64,000 nucleotides of DNA. Source: a virus. Where the stretch lies: the IMG/VR virus record IMGVR_UViG_3300019927_000058, positions 1 to 64,000 of that record, one strand, 5' to 3'. Made by a program: the position numbers and the translations under genes. Position 1 is the stretch's first letter. Every line of letters begins with the position of its first letter. The notes under the pieces were generated by a model. That model was not told where the DNA came from. It ran no database searches and worked only from the letters and a program-made list of their open reading frames with translations. Shown piece after piece: positions 25,114 to 34,694 of this stretch.

Positions 25114-25596
25114 TTAATCGCGGATTGTCTCAAAAACTATATCGATAGAACGAGAGTATCGCAAATCTCCTTCTTGTTCACCGCTCTCGTTCAATTCAGT
25201 GAACCCATCAGTCTCTCTAAAAGACCAATCACCCAAAAATGGCTCGCCGGTTTCGGGGTCATGTTGGTCCCAACTATCTTCAACTACGTCTTCAATTTCG
25301 TCTATAAGAGTCTCAACAGAGCTATTAGATTCCCCAAAAACAACAAACTTCACAATAACTTCACGGAGACGAATATTCAAGTCAACAGATAACTCAAAAT
25401 CATTTCCATTAATAATATCAATTGCCGCCCGTGGAAATTCATCTTCTGCTGAAGCAGGGACATTTTTACTCCAGATATTCGCAACAGAATATTCCGAATT
25501 AGTAGAAAATCCGTTGGGACCATCGCCAATTTCTGAACGAAGTAATAAAACAAGGCCCTCAAGTAAATCAGTGTTAGAATTATCTAAGTCTGACAT
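25114..25596 (-). CDS. Tail terminator/tail completion-like protein
   Basis: 160 aa, in the last connector position before the tail protein. It shows weak resemblance to DUF3168-type terminators (..EFPRAAIDII..). Confidence 0.4.
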   Translation of the reverse strand: MSDLDNSNTDLLEGLVLLLRSEIGDGPNGFSTNSEYSVANIWSKNVPASAEDEFPRAAIDIINGNDFELSVDLNIRLREVIVKFVVFGESNSSVETLIDEIEDVVEDSWDQHDPETGEPFLGDWSFRETDGFTELNESGEQEGDLRYSRSIDIVFETIRD

Positions 25597-26007
25597 TTAT
25601 TTCACCCGGAACTTTTTAATCAGTCTCTGCAACTGTTCGCTGAGGCTCAAATGCAATGTTTCCTCATGACTTTTAGCAACTCCTTTTACATCATGTAGAA
25701 TACCACTCGCAGGAAGGTCTGCTTTGGGAGAATTAACCATAACTTGATTAGGAAGCATTACAAATTTAGCGTGGTCAGCTTCATTGAGAATCCAAACTTC
25801 ATCTTCATCAACTTGCATCATATACCAAGAAGATTGATATTCTCCGGTATCAACAGGAGAAGTATTCTCTAATTCATCTTTAATTTCTTTTCCGGCTTCT
25901 ACTAAAGCCTCATTGGCTCTCGTCTGGCTTTGAGTCCCTAATGCAGTTAATCTTTCCGCAATTTCATCAGGACTATCGCCAATCATTTCTACTTCTATAT
26001 CAGACAT
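25597..26007 (-). CDS. Head-tail joining protein (HK97 gp10-like)
   Basis: 136 aa. The motif SPVDTGEYQSSW is characteristic of the gp10 family (DTG-x-L/Y-xxS). Confidence 0.55.
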   Translation of the reverse strand: MSDIEVEMIGDSPDEIAERLTALGTQSQTRANEALVEAGKEIKDELENTSPVDTGEYQSSWYMMQVDEDEVWILNEADHAKFVMLPNQVMVNSPKADLPASGILHDVKGVAKSHEETLHLSLSEQLQRLIKKFRVK

Positions 26008-26378
26008 TAAGTTCCCCCCATAGCATAAACATAAATATAAGGGCCTTTTTCATTAATCTGATTAGTTGATTTCTCCTCAATATTCCACTTATAATCACCT
26101 TTAGGATATTCTACAGTATCGCCTTCATCTGCTATGTCTTCTGGGTGATACATAAGAGAGTCTGAAGATTCATCAAAACCATAATCCTGCATAATTTCGT
26201 CAGAATTAGAAGTATAAAGGCGGACTTTATATTCTTCAAAATTACTACTGTTCTCATTCTCGGAAAAGAAAACAGGGTCATCTGGATTATCTGGAGTCTG
26301 ACTATCCTGATGATAAACTTTTACATAAACACCAAAATCAGCAATCATTTGCTCTGCTCCAGATTGAAGTAATGTCAT
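26007..26378 (-). CDS. Head closure/adaptor protein
   Basis: 123 aa. The call rests on position and on TAATG coupling on both sides. Confidence 0.4.
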   Translation of the reverse strand: MTLLQSGAEQMIADFGVYVKVYHQDSQTPDNPDDPVFFSENENSSNFEEYKVRLYTSNSDEIMQDYGFDESSDSLMYHPEDIADEGDTVEYPKGDYKWNIEEKSTNQINEKGPYIYVYAMGGT

Positions 26379-26827
26379 TATCTATCAATTACCCAATTTT
26401 TCCGCAAATTAACTTTCCTATTCACTCCATCATGTTTAATTGTAACAACAGTGTTGGGAGTTTCTGCTGGACGGGTTGTTTCTATTTGCCGCAGTGTAAA
26501 ATTAGTTCTTTCTTTAAGTTGTTCGAGATAACCATCAGGATCAATATAAGTTTCAAGCTCCCTATCTCTAATTCGTCTAAAAGCAAGCCACGCACTGAAT
26601 GACCTTTCCGCTGTCATGGCAACAACAGCATTATCAAATGCTTCCTGATAACCATTCCCTTCCCGGACCTCCTTTGGAGAAATATCATTTAAAAGAGGAA
26701 TTACAAATCTTTTAGCAGCTTGTTCAATAGTCCCGTCTGGTATCTTGGTTTCATCTATTTGAGCCAAAGCTTTCCGAACTTCAGCTATTAATTCCTCATC
26801 TGTAAGACTGGTATCCAAATCAGTCAT
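26378..26827 (-). CDS. Head-tail connector protein
   Basis: 149 aa. It is the first gene after the capsid gene, helical, with a gp6-like position. Confidence 0.4.
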   Translation of the reverse strand: MTDLDTSLTDEELIAEVRKALAQIDETKIPDGTIEQAAKRFVIPLLNDISPKEVREGNGYQEAFDNAVVAMTAERSFSAWLAFRRIRDRELETYIDPDGYLEQLKERTNFTLRQIETTRPAETPNTVVTIKHDGVNRKVNLRKNWVIDR

Positions 26828-26884
26828 TTATTGTATCCATTAAAAAATATTTGAAATCTATACCATCAAACCTTCAACTGCTAT

Positions 26885-27727
26885 TTACTGAGTGATTTTA
26901 ATAGCAGCTTCAGGCTCTTCAACATGCCAATTACGCATGGTCCACCACTGAATGATGTTAGCCTGTCGTTCAGGATCTTCATATTCCTCCGTGGAAATGT
27001 CTTCTTTGATAACTTCAACACCATATTCAGTCGTATCAAAGAAGTATCCTTCTGCGCTATCATCCGGCATAAGGCCGGAATTCTCAACCATAACATCAAG
27101 ACCAGCAAAACGACCAATAGCTCCCTCTCGCGTAATTTCGTCTCCAAGTTCGGTTGCTCGCTGGAAGTTGTCGCTGTTCATAAGGACGCGCTCGCCCTCA
27201 GTATTAACAACCAGCATATCAGGACTAAGCTGCTCGTCTTTCATCAGCTTCTTGGCATAGCTCGCAAGAGCGAAGTCAAAACCGCTGGAGTCGCCAACAT
27301 CTCCGGGGGCAACAGGACTCGAAGGATGCTGATTTCCAGTATCTGAAAGCGTATCGTAAGCGAGCTTGTTAATATACTCGTTAAATCGCTTGGCCGCTTT
27401 CTCGGTCTGCCGTGCAACAACATCAAAGATGCTGAACTGCGTGGCTTCCCAAGTGACTTTCACTTCAAAACCGTGTTTCTCAACAGTCACTTTCTGAGTC
27501 GTCTCACTCTCTTCAGTCCGGGGGAATTCACCTCCTTCCGAAACCCGTTCAGGCATCGACATGACCGACTCATCCTGCGGTAGTTCCATCGTTCGCGTGG
27601 GATGATCATCTGGCATTTGAATCGTCTCAAATACCTCATTCCACACAAGCGGGTAATCCCGCTCTTCATTAATCACGCGACGAATTCTCTGCTCAGTCAA
27701 AACATCCGTAGTAGTAACGTTCACCAT
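26885..27727 (-). CDS. Major capsid protein (HK97 fold, no delta domain)
   Basis: 280 aa. It follows the scaffold and decoration genes and has a strong SD 5 nt from the ATG. The size and sequence pattern fit small HK97-fold capsid proteins (..KVTVEKHGFEVKVTWEATQFSIFDVV.., ..AIGRFAGLDVMVEN..). Confidence 0.7.
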   Translation of the reverse strand: MVNVTTTDVLTEQRIRRVINEERDYPLVWNEVFETIQMPDDHPTRTMELPQDESVMSMPERVSEGGEFPRTEESETTQKVTVEKHGFEVKVTWEATQFSIFDVVARQTEKAAKRFNEYINKLAYDTLSDTGNQHPSSPVAPGDVGDSSGFDFALASYAKKLMKDEQLSPDMLVVNTEGERVLMNSDNFQRATELGDEITREGAIGRFAGLDVMVENSGLMPDDSAEGYFFDTTEYGVEVIKEDISTEEYEDPERQANIIQWWTMRNWHVEEPEAAIKITQ

Positions 27728-27732
27728 ATTTT

Positions 27733-27739
27733 ATCACCT
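27733..27739 (-). promoter_or_regulatory. Shine-Dalgarno AGGTGAT upstream of the capsid gene
   Basis: 5 nt from the ATG at 27727. Confidence 0.5.
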
Positions 27740-27768
27740 ATAATTAATATCAAAATAACTTCAACTAT

Positions 27769-28188
27769 TTACGTGCGGGTTGCAGCGATATAAAGATTAT
27801 CAGCCGCAACAGCTTCCTCAATAACAACCGGCATACCCGGAGTCTCATCAGTATCGGCAACAACCTGATGTGCGCCAGAACCATCAGGTTCTAGACGGTC
27901 CCCCACAGACGCTCCACCGGGAACCTCATGGACAATCGGTAGCCGGTCCATATGAACTGCGTATTCATCATCAGACTGCTCCAACTCTTTCATAGCAATT
28001 CCAAGATAACTGGAATTACCGGCGGCGGCCTCTTGAATATCTCCACTAGCATCGAATTCAACAGCCATACCGGATTCAATAGTATTGCTACCAGCGGAGA
28101 GAGTGATGGTCTGACCATCTTCATACGCAATATCTCCCGCATCGAGATTCTGTTCTGCAAGTTCGCTCGGACTAACAGCACTAGGCAT
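27769..28188 (-). CDS. Head decoration/cement protein (DUF2190-like)
   Basis: 139 aa. The pattern ..GMAVEFDASGDIQEAAAGNSSYLGIAM...VHMDRLPIVHEV..GDRLEPDGSG resembles DUF2190 decoration proteins. It sits between the scaffold and the capsid gene. Confidence 0.5.
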   Translation of the reverse strand: MPSAVSPSELAEQNLDAGDIAYEDGQTITLSAGSNTIESGMAVEFDASGDIQEAAAGNSSYLGIAMKELEQSDDEYAVHMDRLPIVHEVPGGASVGDRLEPDGSGAHQVVADTDETPGMPVVIEEAVAADNLYIAATRT

Positions 28189-28194
28189 AATTAT

Positions 28195-28201
28195 ATCACC
28201 T
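28195..28201 (-). promoter_or_regulatory. Shine-Dalgarno AGGTGAT upstream of the decoration gene
   Basis: 6 nt from the ATG at 28188. Confidence 0.5.
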
Positions 28202-28212
28202 TAAAATTATAT

Positions 28213-28806
28213 TTATTCAAAAGCAGCTCCATCGGCTTCATCGGCTCTACGAACCTCGCCAAGACCGTTCTCTTCAATATCCTCTGCCAATTCCGACCAA
28301 ACGCCCCCTCGTTTTTGGAAGGAATCAGCAGCAACCTGAGCCTTTTTAGAAAGCTCTTCAGACTCTCCACCATCACTTCCGCCTTCATTTCCTCCGGGAG
28401 ACTGGAAACCAGCACCGGGATCTCCACTGTTGGGAGATGGTGAAGACTCTTCAGGCTCTAGAGAATCGACCTTCTCCTGAAGCTCTTCAAACTCAAACTT
28501 GTCACGGAAATCTTCAGCATCCATGACTTCGCTGTGTTGAGCAAGTTCTTCTGCATACGACTCAGCCATAGTATCAATCTTTTCAGACATTTCTTCAATC
28601 TTTTCTTCTTTTTCTTCAACCTCAGCCTGAAGTTCTTCAGTTTCGGACTCTTTCTCTTCAATCTCAGCCTGAAGTTCTTCAACGCGCTCTTCAGTTTCTT
28701 CAATGTTCGATTCAACTGCGAGAGTCAGTTCTTCGGGTTCAGCATCAGCAACGGTTGCTTCTGCTTCAAGTCGATTAAGAACCTCATCATCAATTTTGTC
28801 ACTCAT
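28213..28806 (-). CDS. Scaffolding protein
   Basis: I chose the ATG at 28806 because the track start at 28818 is GTG. The protein is extremely acidic and coiled-coil (EELQAEIEEKESETEELQAEVEEKEEKIEE) and sits between the protease and capsid genes. Confidence 0.6.
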   Translation of the reverse strand: MSDKIDDEVLNRLEAEATVADAEPEELTLAVESNIEETEERVEELQAEIEEKESETEELQAEVEEKEEKIEEMSEKIDTMAESYAEELAQHSEVMDAEDFRDKFEFEELQEKVDSLEPEESSPSPNSGDPGAGFQSPGGNEGGSDGGESEELSKKAQVAADSFQKRGGVWSELAEDIEENGLGEVRRADEADGAAFE

Positions 28807-28813
28807 ATTTAAA

Positions 28814-28820
28814 ATCACCT
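28814..28820 (-). promoter_or_regulatory. Shine-Dalgarno AGGTGAT upstream of the scaffold gene
   Basis: 7 nt from the ATG at 28806. Confidence 0.5.
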
Positions 28821-28887
28821 AATTTTAACAAACAAAAACCGTCAATCATCCCCACTAACTCACTCAGGAGGAATCATCTATCAAGTT

Positions 28888-31074
28888 TTACTGCATAACC
28901 TTATTTAGCGGGCTATCCTGATCAGAAAGATAACTTTCTACAACTTCTTTAGTATCTCCCCGGCTCATACTATCTTTCTCATGTTGAGCCATTTTTTCCA
29001 TCAACTTCTGCATTTCTTCTTCGTGCGCTCCAAGAGAATATCCAATCATTTTTGACATAGATTGAATATCGTTCATCTTATTCGGATTTATTGAACGGAT
29101 GATTCCCATCGATTCATCCTTAGTCAAAGCAGAATAAGAAGACAACATCGAAGCCATTCTTCGTTCTTCTTGGCTCATTTCTTCATTATTAGACATTTCT
29201 TCTCCCGAAAGTTCTTCCACACTTTCTAAATCATCATTATCTGGTTCTTCAGGAAGAGAATCAAACGGGTTATATGCCCAATTCAAAAGACTAATAGCCC
29301 AATTAGAAGGACAACCAAAAGAACCGTCTCGTGGTTCTTCGGGTTCATTCTCTTCCACGTTCATCCTGTTTATAAAGCTGATAGTTTTATTTGCGTCTTG
29401 AATTTCGTCCGTTTCCCACTCGGGCTTTGGAGTTTCAAGAAGATTAAGATTCCTTTCAATAACTTCTTCCGGCTCCATTGATGCTTCACGCGAACATGAA
29501 TTCCCACTCCATCTACGGAGTTCCGAAGCAGTCATGTTAACAGCATCAGACCAATCAGAATAAACCTCATCTAATTCTTCTTGATCTACCTCCAATTCTA
29601 CAACTTCAACTGCATTATGCACCGATGAAGCAACCATCTCTTCTTCAACATCAGCATCAAATTCTTCATTTAGAAGCTCTCCTGCCATTCGGAAGGAAGA
29701 AGACATAGCAGATTGTGAAATATCCGCTGATTGGCCCCTTCCTCCACGAACTGCTTCAAGTGCCCCTCGATTCAGATTATTATTATCGGGATTAACAACA
29801 GGGAAGAACAGAATTTCATCAAAAGTTTCGCCTTCTGGATCGCCAAGGAGTGAATGAGATGCTAACTCATTCTTTTGCTCTTGAGTTAAATCATTGACTG
29901 TTTCAACGTCAGAAACGTCACCAGAGACACCCGAAAGGAAATTATCGAGTGTTTTTGAAACATCAGCCCAAGAAGAAGTTTCAGTTCCCGAATAATCAGG
30001 CATACTTGCCTGTGATAATTGCAATTCCTCCGAAGCAGAATTTTCTTCAGAAACGTTTTCGGGATTCCACTCATTTAACGTGGAAAATTTATGACCAACC
30101 ATCGTATCAGTGGGACTCCAAGTTCCACCAGAATCATCATAGATTTGGATTAAGGCGGCTGGATCATCTTCATCAGCGGAGACACTAACATCTCCATCAA
30201 TAGAAGCATCATAAGTCCCATCATCAGTCCAATCAACTATTTTACCATAAGCGGGACCATTGCTCGTATCCCAAGTAACAAAGTCATCTTCAGAAAATTT
30301 AGCCATCTCATCTCCTTTCATGTTCTTCAAAGCCTTCAAGAAGTCATCATGTGAGCCACATGGCATATACCATTCTTCGCCTTGAACAGTATGCTTATGT
30401 ATCCCACCACAGGGGAAAGCTTGGGCCGCTCCTTGCGCTCCTTGCTTATCTTCAAACATCCACCGAGAAAAGTCATAATCTTCCGGTGTCTCTTGTAATT
30501 CCTCTTCTTCAGAACGATAATGATACTCTTGAACGCCCTCATCTTCCTCAAACGAAGCCTGAAGCTCTTCAGCAGAAAGTTCCGGGTGTTGCCCCGCTTC
30601 TAACTCATTACTCGGAGAAGCCCCCTTACGAACGATTGAGAGGTTCGGGAAATCGTGAATAGATTGAGGTGCTTTAATGCCTTCTATTTCATCAAATTCA
30701 TTAGAATGAAGCAGTTTTGGACTTACATCAAGCCATCCTAACTCAATCTTCTCTTCTAACTCATCATCTTTGACGACGCCCTGATAAATAACACCTCTCC
30801 CGCTATCATATTGAGCATCGGTAACTTCACCGACTTTTTCATATGCATCTTGGTTTTCGTGATTGACAACAATATCTTTTCCGTCCAAAAGATGAGCAGA
30901 TTCTTCAAGAACTTCAGGACGCCAAAGTTTCCGCTCACCGGACTTGGCCCCAAGGGTCACGTCATTGTCTCCCAATGCAACACCATGAACAATCAATAGA
31001 CCTTCATCAGTCCGGTTATCATCGGAAAGATAACCAGTTCCAGAAATTCCTCTATTTTTAGCTGTAACAGACAT
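28888..31074 (-). CDS. Multidomain head protein: N-terminal prohead protease (HK97/U35-like) fused to further domains, including a DUF2945/Tudor-like module
   Basis: 728 aa. The N-terminus (HGVALGDNDVTLG...DIVVNHENQDAYEKVGEVTDAQYD) resembles prohead serine proteases. The mid region FSEDDFVTWDTSNGPAYGKIVDW...DDPAALIQIYDD...VGHKFSTL resembles DUF2945. A Cys/His patch (FPCGGIHKHT..YMPCGSH) and an acidic C-terminal tail are also present. Confidence 0.5.
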   Translation of the reverse strand: MSVTAKNRGISGTGYLSDDNRTDEGLLIVHGVALGDNDVTLGAKSGERKLWRPEVLEESAHLLDGKDIVVNHENQDAYEKVGEVTDAQYDSGRGVIYQGVVKDDELEEKIELGWLDVSPKLLHSNEFDEIEGIKAPQSIHDFPNLSIVRKGASPSNELEAGQHPELSAEELQASFEEDEGVQEYHYRSEEEELQETPEDYDFSRWMFEDKQGAQGAAQAFPCGGIHKHTVQGEEWYMPCGSHDDFLKALKNMKGDEMAKFSEDDFVTWDTSNGPAYGKIVDWTDDGTYDASIDGDVSVSADEDDPAALIQIYDDSGGTWSPTDTMVGHKFSTLNEWNPENVSEENSASEELQLSQASMPDYSGTETSSWADVSKTLDNFLSGVSGDVSDVETVNDLTQEQKNELASHSLLGDPEGETFDEILFFPVVNPDNNNLNRGALEAVRGGRGQSADISQSAMSSSFRMAGELLNEEFDADVEEEMVASSVHNAVEVVELEVDQEELDEVYSDWSDAVNMTASELRRWSGNSCSREASMEPEEVIERNLNLLETPKPEWETDEIQDANKTISFINRMNVEENEPEEPRDGSFGCPSNWAISLLNWAYNPFDSLPEEPDNDDLESVEELSGEEMSNNEEMSQEERRMASMLSSYSALTKDESMGIIRSINPNKMNDIQSMSKMIGYSLGAHEEEMQKLMEKMAQHEKDSMSRGDTKEVVESYLSDQDSPLNKVMQ

Positions 31075-31076
31075 AA

Positions 31077-32489
31077 TTAACTTTCTCTCTCATCTTTTTG
31101 TTTCCTATCTTCTTCCGAAGACGCTGGAGGACGGGTAAAGTCAGTTCCCGAAGCACCAACATTATCTTCATTGCTATTGTTTCCATCGGGGACATTATCT
31201 TCTCCATTTCCAGCTTTCTTCTTTGCTTCCTCAACAAGATTTAGATGTTCGGGGTCTTCTCCAATATGGAATCCATCAAATTCATCAACATCATATCCCA
31301 ATTCTTCAACCTTTTGTTCAATAACAGGTTGCCATTCATTCTCAATTTCATTTCGCGCTTCCGAAATTTGATTCTCAAGTCGCTGTTCTTGAGAACGACT
31401 GACAAACTGATTTACATCTGATTCCCAAGCACCAATACTATACTTTGGCATGGGCATTTCCGAAATAATCCAGTTAATATCAAAATCAAGGAATTCTTCA
31501 ATCGGAGCAACTTCACCCGAAACAGTGTCAATTGACATATCTCCTTGGACACCCTGCTTCATTCCGGGTTCAAATTCATCTTGAGAATGTTGATTCATAA
31601 ACTGCTGAATCTCACTTGGTTCCCAAGGCTCTTCTTCAGAACCAAATTGGAATAACTGGAACGGATGAGCAAGCGATTCAATAGCCTTATCGTTATCATC
31701 AAGCTTTTTCAAAAGAGCTTGCAGTCGATCTTCAACAGCGGTAATACGAGATTCGCCAAATATTTGTCCAACATCAGAATCCCTCGTTAACTTAATAACA
31801 CTATCGCGTGTGAATGGGATATAATACCCCTCATTCTCTCCAGTAATAACTTCATCTAACTGAACATATGCAGCGACTTCGTTATCATCATTTGTATAAA
31901 AACTTCTTTGCGAATTCAAACGAGAAATGAAACTGTTTTCTGTTCGTTCATATTCCTCATAATCGTAATCAGGAGGGAGTAAAACAGTCTGTCCGGGTTT
32001 AGTAAAAGCACGAACAGTTTCAGGACGCATTAACTTGAAACCATAGAGATTATCATCTTCCGTTTCAACCTTTTCAGCTAATGCAGTCCCCTTAACTTCT
32101 CGTTGAATAGTGGCTTTTTTCAAAAGCATTGAGAAGTCTTTGTCGATTTCGCCATCGACAATAGCACAGTTGGAAAGCCAACTCTCAATATCCTCTTTCA
32201 ACTCTTCATTATCGGAATCAATGTAATATCCCGGTGCAATGACTTCTGAAGCAAAAGAGCGAATTGGCTGTCGAATAAGTGGAATTTCCTGATATAATTG
32301 CCAATAATCCTGCAATTTTTGTCTATCGGGATAATGCTTATCTCTTCCATTCTCGCTGACAATCTGACTATGCCGGGTTGAAAGACTCGGGAATCTATCA
32401 ATAGAACGGGAATCAGGACTGCCTGTTGCTCGCTGTAATTCCTCTACTACTATATTCCCCGCCCGTGATAATGATTCCCTAATTCCCAT
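31077..32489 (-). CDS. Portal protein
   Basis: 470 aa, immediately downstream of the large terminase and upstream of the protease. Size and position fit a portal, but no specific motif was verified. Confidence 0.6.
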   Translation of the reverse strand: MGIRESLSRAGNIVVEELQRATGSPDSRSIDRFPSLSTRHSQIVSENGRDKHYPDRQKLQDYWQLYQEIPLIRQPIRSFASEVIAPGYYIDSDNEELKEDIESWLSNCAIVDGEIDKDFSMLLKKATIQREVKGTALAEKVETEDDNLYGFKLMRPETVRAFTKPGQTVLLPPDYDYEEYERTENSFISRLNSQRSFYTNDDNEVAAYVQLDEVITGENEGYYIPFTRDSVIKLTRDSDVGQIFGESRITAVEDRLQALLKKLDDNDKAIESLAHPFQLFQFGSEEEPWEPSEIQQFMNQHSQDEFEPGMKQGVQGDMSIDTVSGEVAPIEEFLDFDINWIISEMPMPKYSIGAWESDVNQFVSRSQEQRLENQISEARNEIENEWQPVIEQKVEELGYDVDEFDGFHIGEDPEHLNLVEEAKKKAGNGEDNVPDGNNSNEDNVGASGTDFTRPPASSEEDRKQKDERES

Positions 32490-32492
32490 AAT

Positions 32493-33881
32493 TTAGAAAG
32501 TGAAAGCTCTTTTATTTTTATTATTGTTGCTGTCGTTTGTACTCCGGCCAAACGTATACATCTGCGTTTGACGTTCAACAAAGGACTCTCCACTCATAGC
32601 TGCAACTGCTAAGACATACGAATCTGCAAAGTCATCATGCTCTCCACTTGGAGCATGAATCTTCTTATTTCCTCGTTCAGTCATTTCATACTCAATCGAG
32701 CGGAGTTGACTTTTGAGAGATTCATGGTCTGGAATACTGATTTTATCTTTCTGCATTTTATTCTTAGCAGTTTGATAAATAGATTCCTTACTGCGAAGAG
32801 TAGTTCGGAATCCTTCAACCGGGGAAAATTCTTGTTCAAATCTATCAACTGTGCCTTCCCCGATTCCATTTTCTTCCATGTATCCAAAGAGATAATTCCT
32901 ATCATCTCTTTTAACAAGATTCCTGATTTCGCCTTCTAATTCAGGAACAGTGTTCTCTTCCAAAGACTTTATATCGAAAACATTGCCTTCTGTGTCAATT
33001 GTAGTGATGACAGCACTATCATCTCCCCCAGTAGCAGGATCTACTCCCATATAACAATCTCTCCCCTGCCTGTCGGGATACAAGACATTTTCATCATCAG
33101 GCAACTCAGCCGCCCATTCAAGGCAACGATTAATGTCTTTATTGCTGAAGAATGCGTTCTTTTTCTCGCTAAAGAGTCCAAGAACTTCGCGTTCAAACTC
33201 AATACTTGTCATGTCACGACGCCATTCTTCAACCTGCCGTGAAGAAATTTCAGGATTCTCCATTGAGGCAACGCGCTGAGAATACCAATAATCATCTTCT
33301 TCAAACTTCTTATAAAGATAACCCTCTTTTCCCCAAGGAGTTGACCCCAAAACAAACTGGCCATTCGTAGTCGCAAGCATCGGACTAATAACACTCGTGA
33401 ATACTCCGCGTTCAATGAATGCCGCTTCATCTACAAATGCGGAGTCAATAGTCAAACCACGAATAGTTTCTTCTAACGCGGGAACCGCTTGTATCCAACT
33501 TCCATTGGTTCCCTCCATACGCATTTTTTGGACAGTCTTCAAACCATATTCATCTTCATTGCGAAGCCAATGTTTAATTTCTCCCTTGACTTTACGCATG
33601 AAGTTTTTCGCCTGTCGCTTTGTTGGTGCAACAAGGAGAATACGGCGGTTGGGATACATTGTAAATTCATGTAGAGCCAACCAAGCCATCATAGTCGTCT
33701 TGCCACACTGACGACCTGCTACGATGACTTTTCTATCATCTTCCGAATCCAAGAACTTTTTCTGATATTCATATGGGGAAACATCGGCTTTTGATGAAGG
33801 ATCATCGAGGACTTTATCAACGAATAGCGAAGGCTTCTCTCGAAGCTTCTGCACCATCTTCTTCGATAATCCTTGTTTCAT
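32493..33881 (-). CDS. terL: Terminase large subunit
   Basis: 462 aa. Walker A is VIVAGRQCGKTTMMA, Walker B is LTIDSAFVDEAAF, and the C-terminal nuclease region is YMGVDPATGGDDSAVI. Confidence 0.85.
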   Translation of the reverse strand: MKQGLSKKMVQKLREKPSLFVDKVLDDPSSKADVSPYEYQKKFLDSEDDRKVIVAGRQCGKTTMMAWLALHEFTMYPNRRILLVAPTKRQAKNFMRKVKGEIKHWLRNEDEYGLKTVQKMRMEGTNGSWIQAVPALEETIRGLTIDSAFVDEAAFIERGVFTSVISPMLATTNGQFVLGSTPWGKEGYLYKKFEEDDYWYSQRVASMENPEISSRQVEEWRRDMTSIEFEREVLGLFSEKKNAFFSNKDINRCLEWAAELPDDENVLYPDRQGRDCYMGVDPATGGDDSAVITTIDTEGNVFDIKSLEENTVPELEGEIRNLVKRDDRNYLFGYMEENGIGEGTVDRFEQEFSPVEGFRTTLRSKESIYQTAKNKMQKDKISIPDHESLKSQLRSIEYEMTERGNKKIHAPSGEHDDFADSYVLAVAAMSGESFVERQTQMYTFGRSTNDSNNNKNKRAFTF

Positions 33882-33883
33882 AA

Positions 33884-34435
33884 TTAACTTTCCATATCGC
33901 TTGAGAGCGATTCAATGAGAGATTCAGCAGCTTCCTCGGTCTTACTATTATCTTCATCAAAAATACCCAAATCCTTAGCAGAAAGACGTGCTTCTCGGCT
34001 AAGGCGATCTTTAGTCACAAAAAGGGTATTTTCTTGGGTTTCTGTAATTTCCCCATATTCCTCATGAACACCAACAGTATTTTCTTGAGTCATTCCCTTC
34101 TTTGCAATATATCCATCAGCCCTGTCTTTCTGATGAATATCAACTGCAATTTGCCTGCACTTTTTAACCATAGAATGATCGTCTTCAGTATATCTAGACT
34201 TTTCAAGCAAATCGTCAGCAACTACATCAATGAAGTTTTTATCGTGTTTTGCAAGAGATTGATAGTATTCTGATTTATGAAGGCCATGTTTCTCATTCGT
34301 ATTTGGCTCATAATCGCTTTTATCATCATCGGTATGATAACCACATTTGCCATCAGAATAAACGCCATCATTATCGCAGACGCCATCTTTACTTTTGAAT
34401 GGCTCTCCGCACTCTTCAATCTCTTCCTCAGACAT
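33884..34435 (-). CDS. Possible terminase small subunit (by position)
   Basis: 183 aa directly upstream of terL. It has an N-terminal Cys cluster (CGEPF..C..C) and is otherwise helical. The assignment rests on position only. Confidence 0.3.
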   Translation of the reverse strand: MSEEEIEECGEPFKSKDGVCDNDGVYSDGKCGYHTDDDKSDYEPNTNEKHGLHKSEYYQSLAKHDKNFIDVVADDLLEKSRYTEDDHSMVKKCRQIAVDIHQKDRADGYIAKKGMTQENTVGVHEEYGEITETQENTLFVTKDRLSREARLSAKDLGIFDEDNSKTEEAAESLIESLSSDMES

Positions 34436-34448
34436 AATAAGCTAAGAA

Positions 34449-34694
34449 TTAATCGGGAAATTCGTTCGCTGCTTCAAAATAAACAATCCGATCATATCCA
34501 ATGTGATGACACTTTCGGCCATCATCAATATGAATTACTTGTTTGCCATCATCAAATTCAACGCCCGGATTGTCACGAAGGCCAATATACTCTTCATCTT
34601 CGTCTCCCACGATAGATTCGTGTTCTTCAACGACAAGATGAAGTTCTCCATGTTTCTCCAGTTGCTCTTTAACAAATTCAATATCCATTGTCAT
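34449..34694 (-). CDS. Hypothetical protein
   Basis: 81-aa acidic ORF with an ATGA overlap to the upstream gene. Confidence 0.45.
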   Translation of the reverse strand: MTMDIEFVKEQLEKHGELHLVVEEHESIVGDEDEEYIGLRDNPGVEFDDGKQVIHIDDGRKCHHIGYDRIVYFEAANEFPD

